Below, piece after piece: positions 29,004 to 39,155 of a stretch of DNA of 50,903 nt. This DNA comes from a virus. Its lineage: Duplodnaviria > Caudoviricetes. The notes under the pieces were generated by a model. It did not search any database and had not been told where the DNA came from. It saw nothing but the letters and a program-made list of their open reading frames with translations. Each line of letters starts with the position of its first letter. Position 1 is the stretch's first letter. Where the stretch lies: positions 1 through 50,903 of IMG/VR virus record IMGVR_UViG_3300037845_000048; one strand, written 5' to 3'. The translations under genes and the position numbers were made by a program.

Positions 29004-30212
29004 GTGCCGAAGATCAACGGGCTCGGAGATCAATTCCTTGTCGCGGGCTACGACCTGTCCGGGGACATCGCCAGCCTCGAATCCGTCGCACAGCCCCTCG
29101 CCGTCATCGACGACACCGCGATCAACAAATTCGCCCACGAACGCCTCGCCGGGCTGCAAGACGGCGCCCTCGCGTTCACCACCTACTTCAACCCCACCGC
29201 CGGACAGCAACACAAGGTGCTGTCGGTGCTGCCGCGCACCGACGTGCACATGATGTACCTCAACAACCCCGCCGTCGGCTCCCCCGCCGCCGCGCAGATC
29301 AGCAAGGAGACCGACTACGCGCCCAAGCGCGGCAACGACGGCTCCCTGACCGTCACCGTCAACGGGCAGGCCAACAGCTTCGGCCTGGAGTGGGGCAACC
29401 AGCTCACTGCCGGCGACCAGGCCCTGGCGTCCACGCTGACCGGCAACGCGTCCGGGTTCGAGGGCGGCATCGCGAACTGGACGGCGGTCACCAACTGCGC
29501 GGTCGCGCAGAGCGCGGCGCAGGCGCACACCGGCACCAAGTCCCTCGCGCTGACCTCCACCGGGGCCGGGGACATGGTGGCGGAGTCCTGCGCCGCCGGG
29601 TCGATCACGACGCAGGGCTTCGCGGTCGTCCCCGGGCAGATGGTCTCCGCGCAGGTGTGGATCCGCACGGCGGTGTCGGCGCGCACGGTGTCGATCGGCT
29701 GCCACTGGTTCACCTCCGGCGGGGCGTCGGTGTCCACGACCTACGCCACCGGCGTCGCGGACGCCTCCGGGTCGTGGACCGTGGACCCGGGGGTGCTGAC
29801 CGCACCGGCCACTGCGGCGTTCTACTCGGTGTCGGTCAAGGTCGCGGCGACGGGCGCGGGCGCGGAGGTGCACTACGTCGATGACGTGCTCGCGTTCACG
29901 CTGCCGGGCTCGTACGACACCTTGGCGTCGGCGGCGTTCGGGGCGCAGGCGTACTTGCAGGTGACGGCGTTCACGGGAACGGATATGACGGTCGCGGTGT
30001 ACGACTCGGCGGACAACGTGTCGTTCGCGGCGGTCGCGGGGCTGGCGTTCGCGCAGACGGTCGCGGCGAACACGGTGCAGCGCATCGTCCTGGGCAACAC
30101 GTCCACGGTGCGCCGGTACGTCGCGGTCGCGGTCACCACCGCCGGCGGGTTCACCGCCGCGACGCTGGCGGTGTCTTTGACGAAGAATCTGGTCGCGGGG
30201 ACGGCGTTCTGA
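29004..30212 (+). CDS. tail tube-like protein with carbohydrate-binding (CBM4/9-like) insertion
   Basis: The N-terminus is paralogous to 30666-31070. 'GFEGGIANW...AHTGTKSL...HYVDDV' is CBM-like. Confidence 0.65.
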   Translation: MPKINGLGDQFLVAGYDLSGDIASLESVAQPLAVIDDTAINKFAHERLAGLQDGALAFTTYFNPTAGQQHKVLSVLPRTDVHMMYLNNPAVGSPAAAQISKETDYAPKRGNDGSLTVTVNGQANSFGLEWGNQLTAGDQALASTLTGNASGFEGGIANWTAVTNCAVAQSAAQAHTGTKSLALTSTGAGDMVAESCAAGSITTQGFAVVPGQMVSAQVWIRTAVSARTVSIGCHWFTSGGASVSTTYATGVADASGSWTVDPGVLTAPATAAFYSVSVKVAATGAGAEVHYVDDVLAFTLPGSYDTLASAAFGAQAYLQVTAFTGTDMTVAVYDSADNVSFAAVAGLAFAQTVAANTVQRIVLGNTSTVRRYVAVAVTTAGGFTAATLAVSLTKNLVAGTAF

Positions 30213-30664
30213 TGCAGATGCAGCAGCAGCCCTCCCGGCCGTGGCAGCCCGCTGCGGGGCCGGAGGCGTACAAGACGTACCGGATGTTCTCGCCGCCCGA
30301 GAATCGGCGCCGGGCGACCTGCGAGGAGGTGGGGTGCGAGCGGTGGGAGCACGGGTGGCTCACGGCGCTGGACGTGTCGGATCCGAAGGCGGCTGAGGCG
30401 GCGAACTGGATCCGGATGAAGTCCGGGCGCAGGTTCACGGTGACCGAGGTCGGTACGGCGGTCACGTTCACGTTCCCGGCGGGGCAGTCGTGTTTCAAGC
30501 CGCACACGGTGCCGGACCGCCCGTTCATCCTGCTCGTGCAGGGCGGGGACTGGCGCGGCAATCCGCGGCGCGTTCCGACGGTGCGGCATTCCACGATGGA
30601 TGACTGGGTCGACGACTTCGCCACCAACCAGCAGGCGATCCGCGACCGCATAGAAAGGGGTTAA
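30212..30664 (+). CDS. hypothetical tail-region protein
   Basis: Coupled ORF containing 'ATCEEVGC..WEHGW'. Confidence 0.55.
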   Translation: MQMQQQPSRPWQPAAGPEAYKTYRMFSPPENRRRATCEEVGCERWEHGWLTALDVSDPKAAEAANWIRMKSGRRFTVTEVGTAVTFTFPAGQSCFKPHTVPDRPFILLVQGGDWRGNPRRVPTVRHSTMDDWVDDFATNQQAIRDRIERG

Positions 30665-30665
30665 C

Positions 30666-31070
30666 GTGAAGGTCACCGGCCTCGGAGCGACCGTGACAGT
30701 GGGTGACGTAACCAACACGGGCCAGAACATCACCACGGACGTCACCGACTACCAGTTCTCCACCCCGTACGGGGTGCAGGACACCACCGGCGTCGGGAAG
30801 CTCGCGCACGAGCGGCTGCTGCTGCTGGAGGACTTCTCCGTCACGCTCAGCGGCGTGTTCGACCCCGGGGCGTCGCTGGCGCACGTGGTGTTCTCCAGCA
30901 ACAAGCGGGTCGTGCGCTCGGTGGTGATCATCAACGAGACCACGTCCAGCTCGACGATGACGGTGAACTGCCTGTTCACCGACTACCAGGTCAAGCGCAA
31001 CAACACGGGCGAATTGACCTACTCTGCGCCCGGCGTCCTCGCCGACGGCGTCGCACCGGCATGGACATAA
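30666..31070 (+). CDS. major tail (tube) protein
   Basis: 134 aa, beta-rich, immediately upstream of the chaperone. Confidence 0.65.
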   Translation: MKVTGLGATVTVGDVTNTGQNITTDVTDYQFSTPYGVQDTTGVGKLAHERLLLLEDFSVTLSGVFDPGASLAHVVFSSNKRVVRSVVIINETTSSSTMTVNCLFTDYQVKRNNTGELTYSAPGVLADGVAPAWT

Positions 31071-31080
31071 AGGAATAGAT

Positions 31081-31485
31081 ATGGGTTTCGAGCTCCCCGA
31101 GAACGTCTACAGGCTCACGTTCGCCGACCCCCCCTACGCGGGACTCGAAGTGACCCTGCGGGGTTTCAGCATGGGCTACGTCTTGGCGTCCAGGGCCGCG
31201 GCGAGGAGCGGCGGCGACAACGGCGCCGATCCCGTCGCGGAGGAGATCGACCTGCTCGTCGAGAGCATCGAGGGCTGGAACGCCGAGAAGGGGGGCGTGC
31301 CGGTGCCCCCGACGCGGGAGAACATCCTGGCGCAGGACCCGAAGATGGTCAAAGCGATCATCAGGGAGTGGATGGCGGCCGTCACCGGAGTGCCGGCCCC
31401 TTTGGACGGCGCATCGACCTCTGGCGAGCCGTCCCCGGAGGCGTCGATTCCGATGGAAACACTGTCACCGAGCCCCCCGAGCTAA
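31081..31485 (+). CDS. tail assembly chaperone (G)
   Basis: AAGGA RBS, upstream of tape measure. Confidence 0.75.
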   Translation: MGFELPENVYRLTFADPPYAGLEVTLRGFSMGYVLASRAAARSGGDNGADPVAEEIDLLVESIEGWNAEKGGVPVPPTRENILAQDPKMVKAIIREWMAAVTGVPAPLDGASTSGEPSPEASIPMETLSPSPPS

Positions 31486-31628
31486 GGCGCGCCGAGTTCA
31501 TCCTCGGCGTCTGCCAGCGCTTCGGCACCCTGCCGTGGCCCGGGTCGCTCATGGAGCAGCCCGCCGAGTTCCTGCAACTTCTGGCCATCGAGGCACGAGG
31601 GAGGCCTGATGCCGGTGACGGCTACTGA
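31398..31628 (+). CDS. -1 frameshift extension of chaperone (GT); slippery site C CCT TTG at 31398-31404
   Basis: In-frame X XXY YYZ heptamer. The -1 frame stays open to 31628. Confidence 0.65.
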   Translation, partial: PFGRRIDLWRAVPGGVDSDGNTVTEPPELRRAEFILGVCQRFGTLPWPGSLMEQPAEFLQLLAIEARGRPDAGDGY

Positions 31629-31658
31629 GCCCCCCCGCGCGCACCGCCGGGGGGTGCT

Positions 31659-34600
31659 GTGAACCTTATCGAGATCGTCGTCACGGCCAAGGACATGGCC
31701 GGCGCCACCCTGGACGAGGTGGACGCCAAGGGGAGCAAACTCGGCCGGTCGCTGGGTGCGATGGGCATGATCGGCGCCACGGCCCTGGCGGGCATCGCCG
31801 TCGAGTCGGTGAAGATGGCCACCACGTACGAGTCGGTCACCACCCGCCTGGTGACCTCGGCCGGCGAGCAGAACAGCAACCTGAAGATGGTCCAGGAGGG
31901 GATGCTGGACATGGCCGGGCAGGTCGGGGTCTCCGCGACCGACCTGGCGAAGGCCATGTACTACGTGGAGTCGGCCGGGTTCCACGGCGCGGACGGCCTG
32001 ACGGTGCTCAAGGCGGCCGCTCAGGGCGCTGCCGCTGAGGGCGCCGATACGACGACGGTCGTGCAGGCGATGACCGATGTGCTGGTGGACTACCACCTGA
32101 AGGCGTCGGACGCGGCAAACGTCACCTCGAAGATGATCACAGCGGTCAGCTTCGGGAAGACTTCGCTCCAGGACTTTTCCAGCGCCTTCTCCAACATCGT
32201 CCCGGCCGCGTCGGCCGCCGGGATCTCGTTCAACGACGTCGCGGGCGCCCTGGCGGAGATGACCAACCACGGGTTCACCGCGCGCCGGGCGTCGACAGAC
32301 CTGGCGCAGGCGCTGCGGTCGCTGCTGAACCCGACGGGGCCGATGACGGCGGCGTTCGTGGAGTTCGGGGTGTCGTCGGACGAGTTGAAGGCGAAGCTGG
32401 CCGGCCCGAACGGGCTCACCGACGCCATGGAGTACCTGTCGCAGAAGGCCGAGAAGGCGGGCAAGGAGGGCACCCCGGCATTCGCCGCCGCTTTGAAGCT
32501 GCTGATGGGCACGGCGCCGGGGGCGAACGCGGCCCTGGCGACGGTCGGCGAGAACTTCGACGCCACCTCGAAGGCGATCGCGGGGATCGGTACGGCGTCG
32601 GCGGACGCGTCGGGCAACGTCCAGGGCTTCGCGGAGATTCAGAAGACCCTCAAGCAGCAGCTCAAAGAGGTCGAAGCCGAGGCACAGTCGCTGGGCATCC
32701 GCCTCGGCGACTTCCTGATCCCGCAGCTCTCGAAGCTGCTCACGTTCGGCACGAACGCGTTCAGCGGCATCGCGTCGGGATTCAGCGGCGCCGCGACGAA
32801 ACCGGTCGCGCATCCGAACGCGGGCAACGCGTTCCTCAACCAGGAGCTGGCGACGCCGCCGCCGCTCACGGGCTGGCAGCGGTTCGGCCAGACCGTGCAC
32901 CAGGTGCTCACCGACATCGAGCAGGGCGCCGTGCGCCTGGAACCGGTGGGCAAGGACCTGCTGCGGTTCGGCGACGAGGTGTGGCAGGGACTGACGAAGC
33001 TCGCACCCGCGCTGGAACCGACGGCGGCGCTGCTGGGCGGCACGATGTTCGTGGCGCTCGAAGCGGTCGGCAAGGTGCTCGCCGACGTGGTCGGGCCGGC
33101 GTTCAAGGACTTCGCGCAGTTCCTCGATGACCACAAGGCCCTGATCGAATTTTTCGCCGGCACGGTCCTGGGCGGCCTGATCGTGAAGATGACGATCCTG
33201 GGCGGCATCAAGGCCGCGCAGGGAGTGGTCGGCCTCGCGACCTCTATCGCGCAGTTCCCCCTGAGCCAGGCCGGGCAGATCAAAACGGCGTTCGACGGGC
33301 TGAAGGCCGCGTGGTCCGGCAAGGAGGCCGCCGAGGGCGAGCAGGCCGTGCAGGGCCTGGCGGGGGCGTTCGGGGACCTGAAGGCCAAGGCGTCCGGGGT
33401 GCTGGACAAGATCCTGCCCGACTCCGGGAAGCTGGCCGGGCTCTCGCAGATGAGCAGCGACTTCGAGGCCGTCAAGATCGAGGCGCAGGCCGCCGACGAG
33501 CAGATATCGCTGTTCGGCGTCACCGAGCAGGGAATCGTCCAGGTCGCCGCGCACCAGCAGTTGGGGCTGTTCGAGCAGGACCTGAGCGACATCGAGACCG
33601 AGGCCGCCAACGTCACCGGCGGCCTGGGGAAGGCGGAGGAGGCTTCGACGAGCCTGGCGGGCAAGCTGGGCAAATTCGCGATGACCGGCGGCGTCATCGG
33701 CGGGGTGCTCGTCGGCCTCGGGATGCTCGGCAGCTACCTCGGGAACCTCGCGGGCGTGGGCGACCATACCGCGCAAAGCCTCGACCAGTTGCAGAGCCAG
33801 CTCCAGCTCGCCGGCAGCGGCTCGATCCAGGCCGACCAGCAGTTCACGAAGATGGCTGTGGGCATGGCGATGGCGCAGACGGCGATCAGCCAGCTGCACG
33901 GGGGCGTCGAGGCCTTCGGGAAGGGGAACGACCAGCAGGTCCAAGGGCTCAAGGACGTGGACACCGCGCTGGCGAACCTGGTCACGGGCGGCCACCTCGA
34001 CCAGGCGAAGGCCCAGTTCGCCGATATCGCGGGCGCCCTGCAGAAGCAGGGCATCGACGCCTCGAGCGCGGCGGCCGACTTCCCGGCCTACGAACAGGCG
34101 GTGAAGAACGCGGGCGACGCGGCGCAGACGACCGACGGGCAGCTGTCCTCGATGCAGGCGTCGCTGAACGAGAATCAGGCCCTGACCGTGTTCAACAGCG
34201 ACCTGGGGACGCTGACGGACCAGCTCAAGGCCAGCGGCAACTCGATGGACGCCACGACGCAGGTCGGGCAGCAGAACCAGCGCATGTTCGAGACTCTCTC
34301 CCAAGACGTGATCAACTACTACCAGCAGCAGCGCGCCGCCGGGGGCGACACGAACACCGCGACGACGATCATGTCGGCGCAGGCGCAGCAGATCGAGAAG
34401 CTGGGCGTGCAGTTCGGGATCTCGAAGAACGTGGTGGACCAGTTCCTCGGGAGCCTGTCGGGTATCAAGCCGTTCTACAGCTTGACGGTGACGGCGAACG
34501 TGGGGCCTGCGGAGCAGGTTTTGAACGGCCTCGTGCAGCGGATCAACGACTCGACGGGGACCGTGCAGATCTACGGTTCGTCGGTGGGGCCCGGCACGGG

Positions 34601-34940
34601 GGGGCGCGCGTTGGGCGGTATGGCGCACGGTGGTGTGGTGGGCGCCGCCGCGTCGGGTGGTGCGCGGGGGAGTTGGACGATGGTGAATGAGCAGGGCGGG
34701 GAGTTGGTGCACCTGCCGACGGGGGCGACGGTGTATTCGAGCCCCGATTCGCAGCGGATGCTCGCCGGCGCGGGTGGTTCCGGTGGCGCCGGCGGTGGCG
34801 GGGTGATGCAGCTCGAAGTGCTGCCCGGGGGGGCGTCGGCGTTCGAGCAGTTCATGGTGATGGCGCTGCGCCAGTGGGTGCGCGCGCGTGGGGGCAACGC
34901 GCCGGACAGCGTGCAGAAAGTCCTCGGGCAGAACTTCTAA
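31659..34940 (+). CDS. tape measure protein
   Basis: 1093 aa, Ala/Gly-rich, TP901-like core, C-terminal 'AHGGVVG...MVNEQGGELV'. Confidence 0.92.
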   Translation: MNLIEIVVTAKDMAGATLDEVDAKGSKLGRSLGAMGMIGATALAGIAVESVKMATTYESVTTRLVTSAGEQNSNLKMVQEGMLDMAGQVGVSATDLAKAMYYVESAGFHGADGLTVLKAAAQGAAAEGADTTTVVQAMTDVLVDYHLKASDAANVTSKMITAVSFGKTSLQDFSSAFSNIVPAASAAGISFNDVAGALAEMTNHGFTARRASTDLAQALRSLLNPTGPMTAAFVEFGVSSDELKAKLAGPNGLTDAMEYLSQKAEKAGKEGTPAFAAALKLLMGTAPGANAALATVGENFDATSKAIAGIGTASADASGNVQGFAEIQKTLKQQLKEVEAEAQSLGIRLGDFLIPQLSKLLTFGTNAFSGIASGFSGAATKPVAHPNAGNAFLNQELATPPPLTGWQRFGQTVHQVLTDIEQGAVRLEPVGKDLLRFGDEVWQGLTKLAPALEPTAALLGGTMFVALEAVGKVLADVVGPAFKDFAQFLDDHKALIEFFAGTVLGGLIVKMTILGGIKAAQGVVGLATSIAQFPLSQAGQIKTAFDGLKAAWSGKEAAEGEQAVQGLAGAFGDLKAKASGVLDKILPDSGKLAGLSQMSSDFEAVKIEAQAADEQISLFGVTEQGIVQVAAHQQLGLFEQDLSDIETEAANVTGGLGKAEEASTSLAGKLGKFAMTGGVIGGVLVGLGMLGSYLGNLAGVGDHTAQSLDQLQSQLQLAGSGSIQADQQFTKMAVGMAMAQTAISQLHGGVEAFGKGNDQQVQGLKDVDTALANLVTGGHLDQAKAQFADIAGALQKQGIDASSAAADFPAYEQAVKNAGDAAQTTDGQLSSMQASLNENQALTVFNSDLGTLTDQLKASGNSMDATTQVGQQNQRMFETLSQDVINYYQQQRAAGGDTNTATTIMSAQAQQIEKLGVQFGISKNVVDQFLGSLSGIKPFYSLTVTANVGPAEQVLNGLVQRINDSTGTVQIYGSSVGPGTGGRALGGMAHGGVVGAAASGGARGSWTMVNEQGGELVHLPTGATVYSSPDSQRMLAGAGGSGGAGGGGVMQLEVLPGGASAFEQFMVMALRQWVRARGGNAPDSVQKVLGQNF

Positions 34941-34950
34941 GGAGTCACGG

Positions 34951-35460
34951 ATGGCCTACTACAAGGTGTTCAACGTCGCGCAGCCGACCATCGCCGCGCC
35001 CGCGGCGGTCGCGACCGGCACGACGATCAAAACAATGCTGCAACTCACCTCCCCGACGAAGAACCTTCAGGTCGTCTCGTGGGGATACACGATCTCGGCG
35101 CTCCCCGGCGGCATCGGGGTGTTCGAGCTGATCCAGACGGACGTCGCGGCGACGGTGACGGCGCACGTGGCCTCCGGGATCGTCGGCCTGGACCCGAACG
35201 GCTCGACACCTACCCTCACGGTGGGATCGGTGACGGGAACCGGGTACACGGCCAGCGCGGAGGGGACCGTCACCGCGACCCGGCTGTTCGACGTCGACCA
35301 GATCCCGACCGCGTCCGGTTTGGTGCCGATCAACTACGACTACCAGTTCGTTCCCGACGAACGGCCCGTGTGCGCCGCCGGGAAGTTCCTGCGGGTGCGC
35401 GTGACGACTCCGACGTCGGGGACGAACATGCTCTGCTGGGTCACCGTCAACGAGATCTGA
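34951..35460 (+). CDS. minor tail protein
   Basis: TAAGGAG RBS, follows tape measure. Confidence 0.6.
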   Translation: MAYYKVFNVAQPTIAAPAAVATGTTIKTMLQLTSPTKNLQVVSWGYTISALPGGIGVFELIQTDVAATVTAHVASGIVGLDPNGSTPTLTVGSVTGTGYTASAEGTVTATRLFDVDQIPTASGLVPINYDYQFVPDERPVCAAGKFLRVRVTTPTSGTNMLCWVTVNEI

Positions 35461-35478
35461 TACCGAAGGAGAACCATC

Positions 35479-35688
35479 GTGTGGGTGGAGACGATCGACG
35501 GGAACTACCTGAACCTCGACCAGGCGCAGAAGGTGTTCGCGGCGGACCAGGGCGACGGCGTGGTGCTGATCATCGCGACCGTGGGGGGGTCCGAGGGTGT
35601 CTTGCAGACGTCCTCGGTGTTCGCGACGGTCGCCGATGCGCAGGCCGCGATCCGGGCGATCGTGTCCGGCACCACGCTGACCAACTGA
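35479..35688 (+). CDS. hypothetical protein
   Basis: AAGGAG RBS. Confidence 0.55.
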   Translation: MWVETIDGNYLNLDQAQKVFAADQGDGVVLIIATVGGSEGVLQTSSVFATVADAQAAIRAIVSGTTLTN

Positions 35689-35689
35689 C

Positions 35690-37993
35690 ATGGGGTCGGT
35701 CGCGCCGCTGGTCTCGTCGTGGGCGAGGCGTCCCGCGCCGGGGTACGTGTACGCCCCGGCGCCGACGCGCGGCTCGGCGCCCGCGCCGCAGGGCCCGACC
35801 GACCCGATCGGCCTCGGGGCGGAGATCTACCTCGGCGGTCTGGGCTGGACGGACATCAGCCCGTTCGTGCTGTACCGCGACTCGTCGCAGTTCGTCTCGA
35901 TCGGCCGGGGGCGCCCGAACGAGGCCTCCAGCACCGTCTCACAGCCCCAGACGTGCCAGTTCCAGCTGAACAACCGCAGCAACCAGTTCAGCCCGCGCAA
36001 CCCCGCCGGCCCCTACTTCCAGCTGATCGGGCGCAACACCCCGATCCGGTTCTGGCGGATGCAGAACGGCATCCGCCGCTACCGGTTCGCCGGGGAAGTG
36101 GTCGAGTGGCCCAGCACCGCGGACCTGTCCGGCACCGACGTGTGGACCTCCGTCACGGCGGCCGGGATGCTGCGGCGCCTGAGCCAGGGCACCGCGCCGA
36201 CGTTCTCCTCCATGTACCGCGCCTTCATGAAGGTCGGCGGCCTGCCGAACGTGGTGGCGTACTGGCCCTGCGAGGACGGCGCGAGCGCCCAGCAGATCGC
36301 CTCGGCCCTCTCCGGCGGCTCGCCGATGAAGGTCGTAGGCTCCCCCGCGTTCGCCGGCGACAGCTCCTTCGGGTGCTCCAAGGCGCTGCCCGTCCTGAAG
36401 AGCAGCACCTGGAGCGCGCCCGTGCCCTCCGGCGTCACGTGGACCGACAACGTGGTCAGGTTCCTGGTGAAGATCCCGTCCGGGGGCGACACGAACGGCG
36501 CGGTGGTCGCCCGGTACTACACCACCGGGACCGTGGCGCGGGTGGACCTGATCTACAACACGGCCTCCAACGGCACGTTCACCATCGCGGGCTACAACGC
36601 CGCGGGAGTGCAGACGACCGCCACCATCGCTTCCCCGGGCCCGGACGGCTCCGGTTTCAACGGCGTGCTGGCGCACGTCTCGATGGACCTGCGCACGGGC
36701 ATCAGCGGCGTCACCGCGCAGGTGAACACGGTGTCCAACGGCACCGAGGCGCTGAGCGGGTCGGCCCTGACGCTCACCGTCGGGGCGGTGCAGACCGTCG
36801 TGATCGATCCGAACGCGAACCTGGCCGGGACCGTGGTCGGGCACGTCAGCGTGCAGAACGTGGAGGCGAACATGGTGGCGCTGCTCGAGCCGCTGCAGGG
36901 GTGGAACTTCGACAGCGCCCCCGGCCGGCTGGAGCGGCTGTGCGTCGAGGAGGGCGTGAACCAGGTCTCGGTGTACGGCGACGATCCGAACGACGCGTCC
37001 CTGATGGGCTTCCAGGACGTGGACACGTTCCTGAACCTGGTGCAGCAGTGCGCGGACGTGGACGCGGGCACGCTGTTCGAGGCGCGCGACCAGGTGGCCC
37101 TGGTGTACCGGGAGCGGTTCACGCTCTACAACCAGGGCACCGCGTACGGCCTGAGCCCGTTCCAGCTGACCCTGGACTTCGCGCAGAACCAGCTGAGCGC
37201 GCAGCCGCAGCCCCAGGACGACGACGCATACGCCCGCAACGACGTCACGGTGGCGCAGCTGGCGGGCTCCTCGGCGCGGCAGGTCCTGAACGACGGGTCG
37301 GCGCTGTCGATCTCGCCGCCGCCGGCCGGGGCGGGCGAGTACGCCACCACGTACACGATCAACATCGGCCCCGACGGGCAGTTCGCCGGCCAGATGTCGA
37401 TCGCCGACCACGCGGGGTGGCGGCTGCACCTGGGCACGGTGAACGAGGCGCGCTACCCGCAGGTGTCGGTCAACCTGCGGCACCCCACGTTCACCGGGAG
37501 CCTGGACCTGATGAACGCCGCCCTGTCGGTGGACGTCGGGGACGTCATCGTGCTCAACAACCCGCCGGCACGGCTGGGCCCGGACCCGATCCGGCTGGTC
37601 ATCCTCGGGCACAGCGAGACCATGGGGACCTGGGAGCACGACATCGTGTTCAACTGCGCCCCCGAGTCCCCGTACCGGGTGATGGTGCTGGACGATCCCG
37701 TGCTGGGGCGCGCGGACACGGACGGCTCGACGCTCGCCGCCGCGTACCCGCTGGGCACGGAGACGACGCTGCTGGTCGCGACCGCGAACGCGAACTCGCC
37801 GCTGTGGACCACGAGCGCGGGGGATTTCCCGTTCGACGTCGCGGTCGGTGGGGAGCGCATGACGGTCACGGACGTCACCGGGGCGTCGTCGCCTCAGGCG
37901 TTCACCGTTACGCGGTCGGTCAATGGTATTATAAAGTCCCAGACGGCAGGAACCGATATCCGTCTATTTCAGCCGGCAATCTTAAGCTTGTAA
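35690..37993 (+). CDS. large minor tail / baseplate hub protein
   Basis: 767 aa; 'LNNRSNQFSPRNPAGPYF', 'VAYWPCED', 'RNDVTV'. Confidence 0.8.
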   Translation: MGSVAPLVSSWARRPAPGYVYAPAPTRGSAPAPQGPTDPIGLGAEIYLGGLGWTDISPFVLYRDSSQFVSIGRGRPNEASSTVSQPQTCQFQLNNRSNQFSPRNPAGPYFQLIGRNTPIRFWRMQNGIRRYRFAGEVVEWPSTADLSGTDVWTSVTAAGMLRRLSQGTAPTFSSMYRAFMKVGGLPNVVAYWPCEDGASAQQIASALSGGSPMKVVGSPAFAGDSSFGCSKALPVLKSSTWSAPVPSGVTWTDNVVRFLVKIPSGGDTNGAVVARYYTTGTVARVDLIYNTASNGTFTIAGYNAAGVQTTATIASPGPDGSGFNGVLAHVSMDLRTGISGVTAQVNTVSNGTEALSGSALTLTVGAVQTVVIDPNANLAGTVVGHVSVQNVEANMVALLEPLQGWNFDSAPGRLERLCVEEGVNQVSVYGDDPNDASLMGFQDVDTFLNLVQQCADVDAGTLFEARDQVALVYRERFTLYNQGTAYGLSPFQLTLDFAQNQLSAQPQPQDDDAYARNDVTVAQLAGSSARQVLNDGSALSISPPPAGAGEYATTYTINIGPDGQFAGQMSIADHAGWRLHLGTVNEARYPQVSVNLRHPTFTGSLDLMNAALSVDVGDVIVLNNPPARLGPDPIRLVILGHSETMGTWEHDIVFNCAPESPYRVMVLDDPVLGRADTDGSTLAAAYPLGTETTLLVATANANSPLWTTSAGDFPFDVAVGGERMTVTDVTGASSPQAFTVTRSVNGIIKSQTAGTDIRLFQPAILSL

Positions 37994-38002
37994 AGGCTAT
38001 CG

Positions 38003-38659
38003 ATGGGCATCGCAGAACGCTTCTGGAGTAAAGTGGACACCTCGGGTCCTTGCTGGGAATGGACCGCCGCGAAACAGCTAGGTTACGGGGTGTGCTGGAA
38101 CGGTGTCCGCACGATGGGAGCGCACCGCTGGGCATGGGAATATCTAGTAGGTCCGATACCTGAAGGCCTTGAGATCGATCACCTATGCCGTAATCGGGCG
38201 TGCGTTAATCCGGATCATCTCGAGCCAGTCACACATGAAGAGAACGTGCGGCGAGGTGCTGGGGGATGGAATACCGCGGCCGTGACGCACTGTCCCCAGG
38301 GGCATGAATACTCCGGCGACAATGTTTTCGTGAGCCGAGGCTCTCGGCGTTGTCGAAAATGCGCCAGAGAAAGAGATCGGGAAAAATATGTGCCAGTCCC
38401 CCGCCAAGAGCCGACGCATTGCCCTCAGGGGCATGAATATAACGAAGAGAATACGGGGTGGAAGAAGGGAAAGCACAGATGGTGTCGCGCCTGCGACCGA
38501 GCTCGCTATATCGCCCATCCTCTGCCAAAGGTCGCGGAGTGCCCGAGGGGGCATCCATACAGCGGGGAGAATCTGGTGATCGACTCGGCGGGCTACCAGC
38601 GATGCCGGAAGTGCGAGCGGGAGCGCTCGCGTCGGCGATCCAAGACCGCGAGTCTGTGA
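38003..38659 (+). CDS. HNH homing endonuclease with three C-terminal CPxGHxY zinc-finger repeats
   Basis: 'RFWSKVD..GPCWEW', 'AHRWAW', 'IDHLCRNRACVNPDHLE'. Lower GC than flanks. Confidence 0.9.
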   Translation: MGIAERFWSKVDTSGPCWEWTAAKQLGYGVCWNGVRTMGAHRWAWEYLVGPIPEGLEIDHLCRNRACVNPDHLEPVTHEENVRRGAGGWNTAAVTHCPQGHEYSGDNVFVSRGSRRCRKCARERDREKYVPVPRQEPTHCPQGHEYNEENTGWKKGKHRWCRACDRARYIAHPLPKVAECPRGHPYSGENLVIDSAGYQRCRKCERERSRRRSKTASL

Positions 38660-38666
38660 GGGGACC

Positions 38667-39155
38667 ATGGGGTATGTAGCGGGCCAGCGGGTCACCGCGG
38701 CCGAGTTGAACGTCGTGCCGCTGGTCCCGGTCGCGCCGACGACCACGGCCTCCAACAGCACCACGACGTCCGGGACCACCGATACCCGGGACGACGCGTT
38801 GGGCACCTACCAGTTCGCGGCGGTGGCGGGGACGCGGTATCTGGCGATGCTGAACAACGCGTTCGGTTCCGCCAGCGTCGTGGCGGACCTGTACACGATC
38901 CGTATCAGGGATTCCGGGAGTTCCTCGGCGCCGACGACGTCGAGTACGGCGGTGGCACAGGCCCAGTGGTATTGCGTGGCGACCGGCGGGGCTGGGCAGA
39001 CGGGGTTCGCGTTGCAGGCTTCGTTCCTGGTCGCGGCGAGCGGTGTGCATACGCTGGCGGTGTTCGCTCAGCGTGCTGCGGGCAGCGGCACGTTCAACGT
39101 GGTGTCGGGGGCGCTGATGCGGGAGCTACTGGTGGTGGCTGTCGGGAACGTTTGA
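38667..39155 (+). CDS. minor tail protein
   Basis: N-terminus 'YVAGQRVTAAELN' resembles actinophage tail proteins. Confidence 0.6.
   Translation: MGYVAGQRVTAAELNVVPLVPVAPTTTASNSTTTSGTTDTRDDALGTYQFAAVAGTRYLAMLNNAFGSASVVADLYTIRIRDSGSSSAPTTSSTAVAQAQWYCVATGGAGQTGFALQASFLVAASGVHTLAVFAQRAAGSGTFNVVSGALMRELLVVAVGNV

Noticed and set aside
31482-34712. 1076-aa - strand ORF and similar long antisense ORFs (5839-7068, 20811-22319, 26905-28524, 28086-29873, 35939-37639)
   Set aside because: Shadow ORFs opposite well-supported high-GC3 genes.
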